Made by a program: the position numbers and the translations under genes
The notes under the pieces: model-generated
Databases searched by the model: none
What the model saw: the letters and a program-made list of their open reading frames with translations, nothing else
Told to the model about the DNA's origin: nothing
Assembly: GCA_051294375.1 (NCBI GenBank)
Contig: CM119270.1
Span: 1-43,481, forward strand
Direction of reading: 5' to 3'
From: Paraspadella gotoi
Lineage: Eukaryota > Animalia > Chaetognatha
Length of the DNA: 43,481 nt
Shown: positions 11,851 to 22,505 of the stretch, piece after piece
How positions within the stretch are numbered: the first letter of the stretch is position 1
How the letters are laid out: every line of letters starts with the position of its first letter

Positions 11851-14800
11851 ATGATTTTGAATTTTATTTTTCCTTTAGTTTCATGTTTAATTGTTTTCAG
11901 CGCAAATGGAGTGGTTCCTAATCGAGAAGGTATTTTAATTCTAATCCTAATCAAGAAGGTATTGTAATCCTAATACTAATCCTAATCGAGAGGTATTGTA
12001 AACCTAATCCTAATCGAAAAGGTATTGTAATCCTAATCCTAATCGAGAAGGTATAGTAATCCTAATCCTAATCAAGAAGGTATTGTAATCCTAATCGAAA
12101 AGGTATTTAATCCTAATCCTAATCAAAAAGGTATTATAATCCTAATCCTAATTGAGAAGGTATTGTAATCCTAATCCTAATTGAGAAGGTATTGTAATCC
12201 TAATCCTAATCGAGAAGGTATTGTAATCCTTATCCTAAACGAGAAGGTATTGTAGCTGGACAATGCGCGATACTGTATGACAATTCTCCTACTTACTTCA
12301 TTTAAAGTTTTAAACCAAAAAGATTAGAATTACTTTTCTTTCCTTTATAGGCGAAACGTTTGAGGATGTTATAGACATTTATTTTTTATAAATTTGAAAC
12401 CAAGTGTTTTTTTAAATTAAACTTTGTATTTCTCAGATGAAAGTCAATTGCTTTACGTAACATTTGAGGGATTTTCCTATGAACTGTTGAAGAAAAATAA
12501 ACCTTGGTTCAGTAATTTTCATAATCTCAAAAAAGTTGGAGTTACAACTCAAGGTTAGTTTGTATTCATTTTATTCTATTGTGTCTACAATTTTAAACAA
12601 CATCCTTAGAATTACAATTTAATAATTAATTTTATAGTTTTTATTTTTTATTTTTTCTTTTTTCTTTTTTAATTATTTAATTTAATTATTATTCTTATTT
12701 TTTTCATCGGTAAAACATATTACATAGAGCTTTTTCAACACTTAGTTTGCAGTAAAGTGACATAATCTTTTCTTCTTCTCATATCATTTTTTTAAAAATT
12801 ATTGTTTAAAATTGGGGTTGGGGAAACGAGGATGGAAAAATTAAAATTTAATCCAAATTTAAAGTCGTTTTTGTTTTTTGTTTTTACTTTTAATTTAAAA
12901 AAAAATACGAAAAAAGTTTTTACAGATTTTTTTCTTTTTTTCTTCATTTTCGGTCTTTTTATTTTTTGTTTCTCCGGTTTTCTAAATCAGTCGGTGGAGC
13001 ACATCCTGGGGTTTTTTTTTTCGTGGCTAGATGTTCGAGCAACACAATTGGGCGTTACTCTGAAAAGGTATCCTAACCGGAAGTAAAGTCACGAGAATGC
13101 GGGAATCTATACGGCGACAATCATGAGGGTAAAAAAGGGGAGAAACTTGTAGGAGAAGAGAGAAAGGTGAACTGAATCTCGTGAACGCGGCCCCGAATCC
13201 CTGGGAGGAGGATGAAGAGGAGGTGAATGAGAAGGAGGGGGGTAATAGACCCGCGTCTGTCCATCACCTTTTATACTGATTGAATATAAACCAACAGTAA
13301 ATGAATGTTTTTGTTTACAGGCGGAGGAAACTTTCCTACATTTTTCTCTGACTCAATTCCAAGTTTTTACTCTTCAGTCACTGGATTAACTATTGAAAAT
13401 CATGGAATGATCGCTGATGAATTCTATGACCCAAATTTTAATGAATATTTCAGGTCAGTTAGCTTTTTGATAAGAAGATTACCTTTTATTATAGTGTTAC
13501 TTAAAATAAAGTCGCTCAAAAACCTATGTCATACCTTCAACCAGAATATAAACTGTAAGATTGCATAGTTTTCATATTCAATTATTCATGTTAAATAAAT
13601 ATTTTCTTTTCAGTTATTTAGACCCGGACTTTGATACTAAGTGGTGGGCCGGTGAACCAATTTGGATCACAAGCGCTAAAAATGGGCGACCCTCAGCTAC
13701 CGTAGATTCTCAAGGTAAATAACCAATAAAACTTTTAATTTTAATTATTAATATATTAACAATATTATTCTCAGTACCCAATTTTACACATCCATTGTAC
13801 ACAAGTAACCGATCTTCGTCATTGACGCCAGAGGAACGAACTCAACTAAGTTTAGATCTCTTGGAACAAGGTACAAATATTATAATAATAATAGTTTGCA
13901 ACGTTTTATTAATTATTTTTCTTTTTTCTAGGAAAGGCTTTTGTCTCTGTAAGATTTCGACAACCGGAAGATATCATTCAGCGTGCGGGGGAAACTTTTG
14001 TGGTTCCATACGTAATGAACAAATTTGTAGGTAAACCTTTTTAAATCTTTAAATCTTTCAACCTTTAAATCTTTAAATCTTTAACTCTTTAAATCTTTAA
14101 CTCTTTAAATCTTTAAATTTTTAACCTCTTATTAATCTTTATATCTTTAGCCCTCTTTAAATCTTTATATATTTTAAATGCTTAAAATTTATCCCCTTTT
14201 TTTACCCTCCTTTTTTAAAAAATCTTTTTTTAAAAAACTCGCTTTAAAATTTTTAAATCTTTAAATCTTTAACTCTTTAAATCTTTAGCTCTTTAAATCT
14301 TTAAATCTTTAACACTTTAAATCTTTATATTTTTAAATCTTTATATCTTTATATCTCTAAATCTGTAATCTTTAACTCTTTAAATCTTAAACTCTTTAAA
14401 TCTTAAACTCTTTAAATCTTAAACTCTTTAAATATTTAAATCTTTAAATATGTAAACTTTAACTCTTTAAATCTTTAACTCTTTAAATCTTTAAATCTTT
14501 AAATCTTTAAATCTTTAACTCTTTAAATCTTTAAATTTTTAACTCTTTAAATCTTTAACTCTTTAAATTTTTAAATCTTTAACTCTTTAAATCTTTAACT
14601 ATTTAAATCTTTAACTCTTTAACTCTTTAAATCTTAAACTCTTTAAATCTTAAACTCTTTAAATCTTTAAATCTTTAAATATGTAATCTTTAACTCTTTA
14701 ACTCTTTAAATCTTAAACTCTTTACATCTTAAACTCTTAAAATCTTTAAATCTTTAAATATGTAATCTTTAACTCTTTAACTCTTTAACTCTTTAAATCT

Positions 14801-16651
14801 TTAAATCTTTAAATCTTTAAATTTTTAAATCTTTAACTCTTTAAATCTTTAACTATTTAAATCTTTAACTCTTTAAATTTTTATATCTTTAAATCTTTAT
14901 ATCTTTATATCTTTTAAACGACTTTTCACCAATATGTATTTTGATATATTATATTATATATATATATTATATATATTCACCAATATTTTGATACTTATTT
15001 AATTATTTATTCATTTATTTTAAAAGGTTGGCTGCTTAAGGAGATACTTAGTCGGAATTTTAAATCGCTCAATGTAATTTTGATGAGTGACCACGGAATT
15101 GCGCCAATAAGCCAAAGTAGAGTCATTAACATTTTTGATTACATTCACCCAGGGTGAGAAAATTTTGAGTAATTAACAATAATGAAAAAAACTATTTTAT
15201 TTCTTTTATTCATACTTTTAAAAACTTCTATTACAAATTCTATTAAAAAGTTATGGATTTATTAAACTGTAGTTGAAATACACATTCAGTTCAGTTCGCA
15301 ACTTTACTGCACGCGTGATTCTTAACCTGTGGCCAGTAGATCCAAATTTGACCGATGAAATCTACAATAATCTCACAAACGCTCATCCTAATATGACGGT
15401 CTACAGGAAGAATTATCTGCCGGAGCGTTGCAATTGTCAAGGAAGCCAACGGGTGGCACCAATAGTCGTCATTGCTAATGAGGGATGGTGAGTCTAAATT
15501 AAAAAGAAAATCTCTCTATGTAGAGGCTTAAATATTTCAGAATAAAATGAAAAATCATATGAAAATAGTAAAGAGAAACATAAGAAATCATAACAGATTT
15601 ATTTATAAATCAATAAAATAATTTATCAATCAATCATTCCAACAACTGATCAATCAGCCAATCAATCATTTTAACTAAGAGAGAGAGAGAAAAAAAAATT
15701 GAAAAGAATTCAAATAAATGTGACCTAAATTTATTCCATTAAAACTCGATTCCACTAGCATTATTCCATCTAGCTTAATCACACACTTTCCTAGCCACAC
15801 ACAATATTTCAAGTCAATCGCCCTATCCATTTATCAATTGGCGTTCAAAGCTAAGGGCGGACGGACGGGCGGACGTACGGACGGACGGACTTCGTTTTTT
15901 TGCATAGTTTATCCATTGTGTTAATCCTTTCAGTTTCGTTGAGTTGAGATTTAAGCAAAGTTCGAATTTAGTTTCTTCAACGATTTTTATTTATCGTTGA
16001 AGAAACTAAATTCGAACTTTGCATAGTTTATCATAGTTAGATGTCCTGACATGATTTAAGTGACTTACCGACAAGATTGGCGGAGGGGTGGACCGACTGA
16101 CCGACAAAGTGAATTAAAGAGCCGGAATCTGCTGTAAGCAGATCCGGCTAAAAACTTAGAATATATATATTTTTTCAGGATATTTAGTAGACCAGATGAT
16201 TTCCCAAAAAACAACGGAAGTGCATTCAAAGGTTACCATGGATACGACAATCAACTTCCTTCAATGCGCTCGATTTTTTATGCATTTGGTTAGTTGTACT
16301 AACTAATTAGCAAAAACATTAAAAAAAATAATTCATCATTTAATAATTTGTTTTTACAAATTGGCTTATTGACCAATTTTCATTGCATAAATAAACCTTT
16401 GCATTCATTTAGGTCCAGACATCGACGTGGGCAAGAAAGTGGCCCCTTTCTCTGTCATTCATTATTACCTTTTGGCCTGTCGCCTGTTAAGAATTCCGCC
16501 TGCCAAGAATCAGGGAAGTGATTCTGTCATTTGGCCAATTTTCCGTCGTCGACTTAAAGATGCAATTTTATTGCGATGTAATCAATTTCGATTTCAAGAA
16601 GGTTGTAATCAATTTGCCGCAGAAAACAATTTGATTCGTGAGGTTGATTAA
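11851..16651 (+). CDS. Secreted ectonucleotide pyrophosphatase/phosphodiesterase (type I phosphodiesterase, ENPP4/5/6/7-like), 10 exons, 432 aa
   Basis: Exons 11851-11929, 12437-12553, 13321-13453, 13614-13714, 13775-13870, 13932-14030, 15027-15153, 15290-15487, 16179-16288 and 16413-16651. All introns are GT-AG and phase-consistent, total 1299 nt. Signal peptide MILNFIFPLVSCLIVFSANG; family motifs LLYVTFEGF, SSVTGLTIENHGM..EFYDP, WWAGEPIWIT, NVILMSDHG, HPNMTVYRK..LPER, GYHGYDN..SMRSIFYAFGP, CRLLRIPPAKNQGS. Confidence 0.93.
11917..12255. repeat. 29-bp minisatellite (CCTAATCCTAATCGAGAAGGTATTGTAAT)n spanning the ENPP exon 1 donor
   Basis: About 12 units; the first unit is the end of exon 1 plus its GT donor. 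Confidence 0.93.
14038..14915. repeat. 8-bp tandem repeat (TCTTTAAA/TCTTTAAC)n filling ENPP intron 6
   Basis: About 100 units directly visible. Confidence 0.97.
15715..16154 (-). mobile_element. HINE-like element (family A) in ENPP intron 8
   Basis: Reverse complement of the family A 5' end (TTTTTAGCCGGATCTGCTTACAGCAGATTCCGGCT), core and (GGAC)n tract. Confidence 0.75.
15914..16017 (-). mobile_element. Tiny Penelope-like 3'-end insertion with inverted arm
   Basis: Palindrome at 15955-16022; flanking direct repeat TTTGCATAGTTTATC at 15899-15913 and 16018-16032; terminal motif shared with the insertions at 24470 and 42831. Confidence 0.65.
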
Positions 16652-17229
16652 TATGTTTCGATCTATATCTAGTATAATTATTTTTAAACTGCTTTTCGAA
16701 CTGACCATATATATTGATCAAGTCAAATATCTACCAACTAAATAGATACCAAAAAAAACATAGTCTGAAAATAACGCTTATTTTATAGTAAATATGGGAA
16801 TAATTATTTTTTTTACAAAAAATTGTAAAGTGTGCTTTTTGTTTTTTTTTATCTCGTTCATTTTCGACATCTAGAGGAATAATTAGATAAGTCTTTAAAA
16901 AAATAGCAGAAAACAAATAACTAAGTAAAGTAAGTAGTATTTTAAGAAAAAGAAGAATTATTCCGCAGGTTTGCTTTAAAAAAATATATTTCAAGAAAAT
17001 TTTTAAAAAATTACGAAAATTAAAATGAAAAAAGTTAAAGAAAGAAATCAAGATGCGGATGATTATAGAAAAAAGAAAATAAGGAAAGAAAGAAAGAAAT
17101 AAAAGAAAGAAAGAAATAAAAGAAGGAAAGAAATAAAAGAAAGAAAGAAATAAATAAAAGAGAGAAAGAAATAAAAGAAAGAAAGAAATAAAAGAAAGAA
17201 AGAAATATCTGTCAGTTATGCGACGATAG

Positions 17230-18081
17230 TGTGGACGACACAAGTTTCAGAGTAAGAATGATTTATTCTACAACAAGGTTAAAAACGATAACAATAAAAG
17301 GCTCAGATGCTAAGTCTATAACAATAGATATTTACAAGGTCAAAGTTTGACCATAAAGAGAAATGAGGGAAAACGGTCGAGGGTAAGATTGGTAAGTTCA
17401 GTTTCGACCGAGGTTGCGTGTTGTAGTTGTTCGTCCACACATCCCCCCACCAAGGCTTCGACCGGATGGGGAGAAGGCTTGAGAAATCATTGAATTGCGT
17501 CGTCGTTTACGTCGTCATCTTCCGGCGGCTGAAGCATCGTCGGAAGAATGTTCAAAAGGCCGGGAATTGAAATGGATTGGCGTCGAGCAACGTGCGGCGT
17601 CGTGGAAGACGCGAGTGGCGCCGCTTCCGTTTTCGGAGGCGGGGATACGGGGGAGGGAGCGGAGACTCGACGGGGACGGCCACGTGGGCGCGCCGGAGGT
17701 GGGTCAGGAGGCGCGAGCTCGTCAGTGACGGCCGGCTTCAATCGGTCGACGGAGATGACTTCGACGCCGCGGCTCGGGATTTCGACTTTGAAGGTTTTCG
17801 GTGAGTTGAGAGATTTTTTTATTATTTTTTTGGTTTGTTTTGTTTTTCACGGGGCTCACCACGTGTGGACGACACAAGTTTCAGAGTAAGAATGATTTAT
17901 TCTTCAACAAGGTTAAAAACGATAACAATAAAAGGCTCAGATGCTAAGTCTATAACAATAGATATTTACAAGGTCAAAGTTTGACCATAAAGAGAAATGA
18001 GGGAAAACGGTCGAGGGTAAGGTTGGTAAGTTCAGTTTCGACCGAGGTTGCGTGTTGTAGTTGTTCGTCCACACATCCACA
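17230..18081 (-). mobile_element. Miniature non-autonomous Gypsy-type LTR retrotransposon (TRIM-like) #2, young
   Basis: LTRs 17230-17441 and 17864-18075 (TGTGGACGA...TCGTCCACACA; I see two substitutions); TSD ATAG at 17226-17229 and 18082-18085, with 6 extra bases before the right copy. Minus-strand PBS-like TGGTGAGCCCCGTG (resembles a tRNA-Trp PBS) and PPT GGTGGGGGGA. Internal frame PKTFKVEIPSRGVEVISVDRLKPA...RPRGRPRR. Confidence 0.92.
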
Positions 18082-18119
18082 ATAGATTAAATTATCACAA
18101 TCCTTGGATTCTTTTATTA

Positions 18120-18166
<47 letters not shown>

Positions 18167-18187
18167 ATTATTATTATTATTATTAAG

Positions 18188-18665
18188 AAAACGTCGAATT
18201 TGGGATCAAGTGCAGTATTTTTTTTCTTTTATAGAAAACCAATATTTCGATCTTATTTGACAGATCATCGTTCAGGGTAAGAGTGAAGTGAGTAGAAGAA
18301 GAGAGCTAAGGAAAAGAGAGAGAGATAGAGAGAAAGAGAGAACAGGTGAGAGTCAGACAATACAACAGGGGTAAATCCCTCCACCCCCTCGTTTACAATG
18401 TCTAGTCTCATTTCTTCCCAGTGGATTAGAGGATCGGTTTCCCTGTTGTATTGTCTGACTCTCACCTGTTCTCTCTCTCTCTCTATCTCTCTCTCTTTTC
18501 CTTAGCTCTCTTCTTTCTACTCATTCACTCTTACCCTGAACGATGATCTGTCAAATAAGATCGAAATATTGGTTTTCTATAAAAGAAAAAAAAATACTGC
18601 ACTTGATCCCAAATTCGACGTTTTTTTTAATCATAAATAAACAGTGCATGTGATGACTCTACAAA

Positions 18666-18709
<44 letters not shown>

Positions 18710-18710
18710 A
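18188..18710 (+). mobile_element. Penelope-like element end with inverted 5' arm
   Basis: Arms of about 183 bp at 18188-18370 and 18441-18623 with a 70-bp spacer; a hammerhead-like motif in each arm; (ATT)n tail; flanking duplication ATCACAATCCTTGGATTCTTTTATT near 18093 and 18713. Confidence 0.7.
18533..18573 (+). ncRNA. Variant minimal hammerhead ribozyme (mirror copy on - strand at 18238-18278)
   Basis: acc-CTGAACGA-t-GATCT gtcaaata AGATC-GAAA-TATT-ggt: stems I and II pair, stem III is palindromic, and the core has one extra nucleotide. Confidence 0.55.
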
Positions 18711-19189
18711 TAATCACAATCCTTGGATTCTTTTATTTTTCACCGACAGAATAAAAATAATTTTTTTAAAATATTGTTTCTTTTTTTGTTTTTCAACTTA
18801 ATTTTGAACAGATTTAATTTAAGGACAACAACGATTAAATATTTTAAGTTTTAAGTACTTAAGTAATATTTTAATTAATACTAAAAATATGTTTCTTACT
18901 TCTGAAGTAACGTGGGATGCAACAAAACTTTGCATATGTTTCATTCAACCAAAACTTTTACTTTTATTTTTTCTTGTTGTACAGAGAATAAGTAATATTT
19001 ATAATTCTCGAATAGTTTCTCAACCATTTTTTAACGTTGAGGACAATGATAATAAAGACGACGACGACGACGACGACGACGACCAACAGGATTTGCATGG
19101 AAATCTTTTCTTTTTTGGACGAAAAAAGAATTTCTAGTCAGAATAGTTTTTTTGAAAGGAGAAAGTTTTGGGGGGAGAAGCAATAAAAC

Positions 19190-20240
19190 TTAAAAGGGGG
19201 TTGGGGGCGGTTTAAAGGAGTTAACAGGGTGTGGTTTAAAGGGGCAGGGGAGTTTACCAGGGTTTTTGGTTTAAAGGGGGCAGGGGAGTTTTAAAGGGTG
19301 TGGTTTAAAATGGGGAAAGGGGAGTTTACAGGGTGTGGTTTAAAGGGGCAGGGGAGTTTAACAGGGTGTGGTTTAAAGGGGTAGGGGGTTTAACAGGGTG
19401 TGGTTAAAGGGGCAGGGGAGTTTAACATGGGTGTTAGGTATTTAAAAGGGGGCAGGGGGAGTTTAACAAGGGGCGGTTTAAAGAGGCAGGGGGATTGACA
19501 GGGGCTGTTTAAAAGGGGCAGGGGAGTTACCAGGGTTTGGTTAAAGGGGCAGGGGAGTTTAAAGGGTGTGGTTTAAAAAGGGCAGGGGAGTTGACAGGGG
19601 GCGTTTAAAGGGCGGGGGTGTTGACAGGGTTTGGTTTAAAGGGGCAGAGAGTTTGACAGGGGCGGTTTAAAGGGGCAGGGGAGTTAACAGGTGTGGTTAA
19701 AGGGCAGGGAGTTAACAAGGGGCGGTTTTAAAGAAGGCAGGGGAGTTTGAACAGGGGGCTGTTTACAGGGGCAGGGGAGTTACCAGGGTTTGGTTTAAAG
19801 GGCAGGGAGAGTTTAAGGGTGTGGTTTAAAGGGCAGGGGAGTTAACAGGGGGCGTTTAAAAGGGGCAGGGGAGTTGACGAGGGTGGTTTAAAGGGCAGGG
19901 GAGTTGACAGGAGGGTTTAAAGGGGGGGGGTGTTGAGGGTTGTTAAAGGGGTAGGGGAGTTAACAGGGTGTGGTTTAAAGGGGCAGGGAGTTAACAGGGT
20001 GTGGTTAAAGGGGCAGGGAGTTTAACAAGGGGCGGTTTAAAGAGGCAGGGGAGTTGACAGGGGGCTGTTAAAGGCAGGGGAGTTACCAGGGTTTGGTTTA
20101 AAGGGGCAGGGAGTTTAAAGGATGTGGTTTAAAAGGGGCCAGGGGAGTTAACAAAGGGGGCGTTTTAAAGGGGCAGGGGAGTTGACAGTGTGGTTTTAAA
20201 AGGGCAAGGGGAGTTGACAGGGGACGGTTTGAAGGGATTT
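19190..20240. repeat. G-rich ~32-bp minisatellite (AAAGGGGCAGGGGAGTTAACAGGGTGTGGTTT)n
   Basis: More than 30 noisy units with strong G strand bias. Confidence 0.95.
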
Positions 20241-20767
20241 GGGTAGTAAATCGAAAAGTTATTGTATGAAGAAATTGTAGATAGTTTCTAACAATTTTTA
20301 ATGTTTAATGTTTAATTTACTTCAAATACAATTCCTTTTCTATTCTTTTTTTTTTCTTTTACTTCATATTTACCTAATAAAACTTATTAAAATTATTAAT
20401 TTTCACAATAAATATTTTTCTTAAATGTTGGTAGTAATTTTTCCTGCCTCGTGAGTTTAAATTCTGTGAGTCAATTCCAGATAGCGTCAGTAATAGTAAC
20501 GTCACTTCCACTCTCACNNNNNNNNNNNNNNNNNNNNNNNNNNNNNNNNNNNNNNNNNNNNNNNNNNNNNNNNNNNNNNNNNNNNNNNNNNNNNNNNNNN
20601 NNNNNNNNNNNNNNNNNNNNNNNNNNNNNNNNNNNNNNNNNNNNNNNNNNNNNNNNNNNNNNNNNNNNNNNNNNNNNNNNNNNNNNNNNNNNNNNNNNNN
20701 NNNNNNNNNNNNTCTCACTGCTCTCTCTCTCTCTCACGCTCAGTCAACTTAAAATTATCTGTTGTCT

Positions 20768-21256
20768 TGTGGACAAGGCGCTAACTCTTGCACCCATGAA
20801 ACGGGGCCTGGGCTTGGAACCTGGCTTGAGGGTTTTCCAGGCCCCCAAGACGGTTCACGGCCATCTTCAAGCTTCCCGTAGGGTAAGTACCATTGGGGAT
20901 CGATCTCGGTACAATTGGGGATCGATNNNNNNNNNNNNNNNNNNNNNNNNNNNNNNNNNNNNNNNNNNNNNNNNNNNNNNNNNNNNNNNNNNNNNNNNNN
21001 NNNNNNNNNNNNNNNNNNNNNNNNNNNNNNNNNNNNNNNNNNNNNNNNNNNNNNNNNNNNNNNNNNNNNNNNNNNNNNNNNNNNNNNNNNNNNNNNTTGG
21101 GGATCGATCTCGGTACAATTGGGGATTGATCTCGGTTCAATTGGAGATCGATCTCGGTACCATTGGGGATCGATCTCAGTACCAAATGGTCTTGAGCTGA
21201 TGGTACTACTCAATGAGCCACGGGGTCACAACAGAAGGCGGGGTGAACTACTGCCT
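20768..21256 (-). mobile_element. tRNA-containing element copy with an internally amplified 22-bp B-box unit
   Basis: Homologous to 23439-23720, including the TTAGCGCCTTRTCCACA terminus. (TTGGGGATCGATCTCGGTACAA)n at 20893-21182 spans a gap. Confidence 0.75.
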
Positions 21257-21371
21257 TATTTAATTTGAAGTTTTTTGGGAGGATAAGTTTAGATCGAAAA
21301 CTCAAGGTCCAATATTTTTTTTGTTGCCATTTTGATTATCATAGAATTAATCTAAGTTGCAGAAGCTGATC

Positions 21372-21403
<32 letters not shown>

Positions 21404-21610
21404 NNNNNNNNNNNNNNNNNNNNNNNNNNNNNNNNNNNNNNNNNNNNNNNNNNNNNNNNNNNNNNNNNNNNNNNNNNNNNNNNNNNNNNNNNNNNNNNNN
21501 NNNNNNNNNNNNNNNNNNNNNNNNNNNNNNNNNNNNNNNNNNNNNNNNNNNNNNNNNNNNNNNNNNNNNNNNNNNNNNNNNNNNNNNNNNNNNNNNNNNN
21601 NNNNNNNNNN

Positions 21611-21643
<33 letters not shown>

Positions 21644-22505
21644 CTTCCTATTCACCTCATTTTCTTTGTCAGAAAATAAAAAGGTTTCGTGTTTTCATCT
21701 TTCGTCAAAATCGAGAAACGAAAATTATATTAGTTTTTTCCCCTTTTTTTTAATTTTCTTTTCTTTCCTTTTTCTTTTCTTTTTCCTTTTTCTTATCTTT
21801 TTCTTCTCTGTTCGTTTCCTTTCTTTACCTATCTTTTCTGAAACGAAAGCAGAAAAAGTCTCATTACGACGAAGAAGGAAAAAAATAATGACTGAAGAAA
21901 AGAAATGAAGACTCATGAAATCCAATTTTTACCTCAGGCAATGAAGGAAAGCTCTCTATCTCTCTCTCTCTCTCTTGCTGCTTCTTCGTCTGCTTGCTCT
22001 CTCTCTTCTTCTCTTCTTTCCTCTCGTCTCGGATTTCGTTCGGTGCTCTCTCGTCTCTCTCTTTCTCTCCGGTCTCTCTCTCCTGCTTCTGCTCTCCGTT
22101 TCTCTCACTTTCGTTCTCTCTCTTTCTCTTTCTCTCTCTCTTTCTTGTCTCTCTCTCTCTTCTCTTCATTCTCTCTCATCTGCTCTCCTCTCTCGTCTCT
22201 CTCTCTCTCTCTCGTCTCGGAGAGATTTGTTTAAATACTTTTTTATCGCGTAAACAAAAACAAAAACAAAAAAAAAAAAACAAAAAGAAATTCTAATAAT
22301 TTTTCCTCAAAGGGAAAACAAATAAACAAATAAACAGTTTTGACAGGTTGTGACAGAGTTAATGATTATTGTGACAGACCTATTGACAATTGTGACAAAA
22401 TGAAAGTTTTGACAATGGTTGGGAAAGCTAATGAAAGTTTTTGCAATCAAATGAAATTAAGTTAACAAAATATAATTAATTTCCGAATATTTAGTAATTT
22501 AGTAA

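Noticed and set aside
11917-12255. Interstitial telomere (CCTAAT resembles TTAGG-type repeats)
   Set aside because: Only 1-3 hexamers per 29-bp unit, and the unit overlaps ENPP exon 1.
15273-15289. ENPP exon 8 starting at 15273 as in the ORF track
   Set aside because: Wrong phase (creates TGA); the acceptor at 15288-15289 restores the frame.
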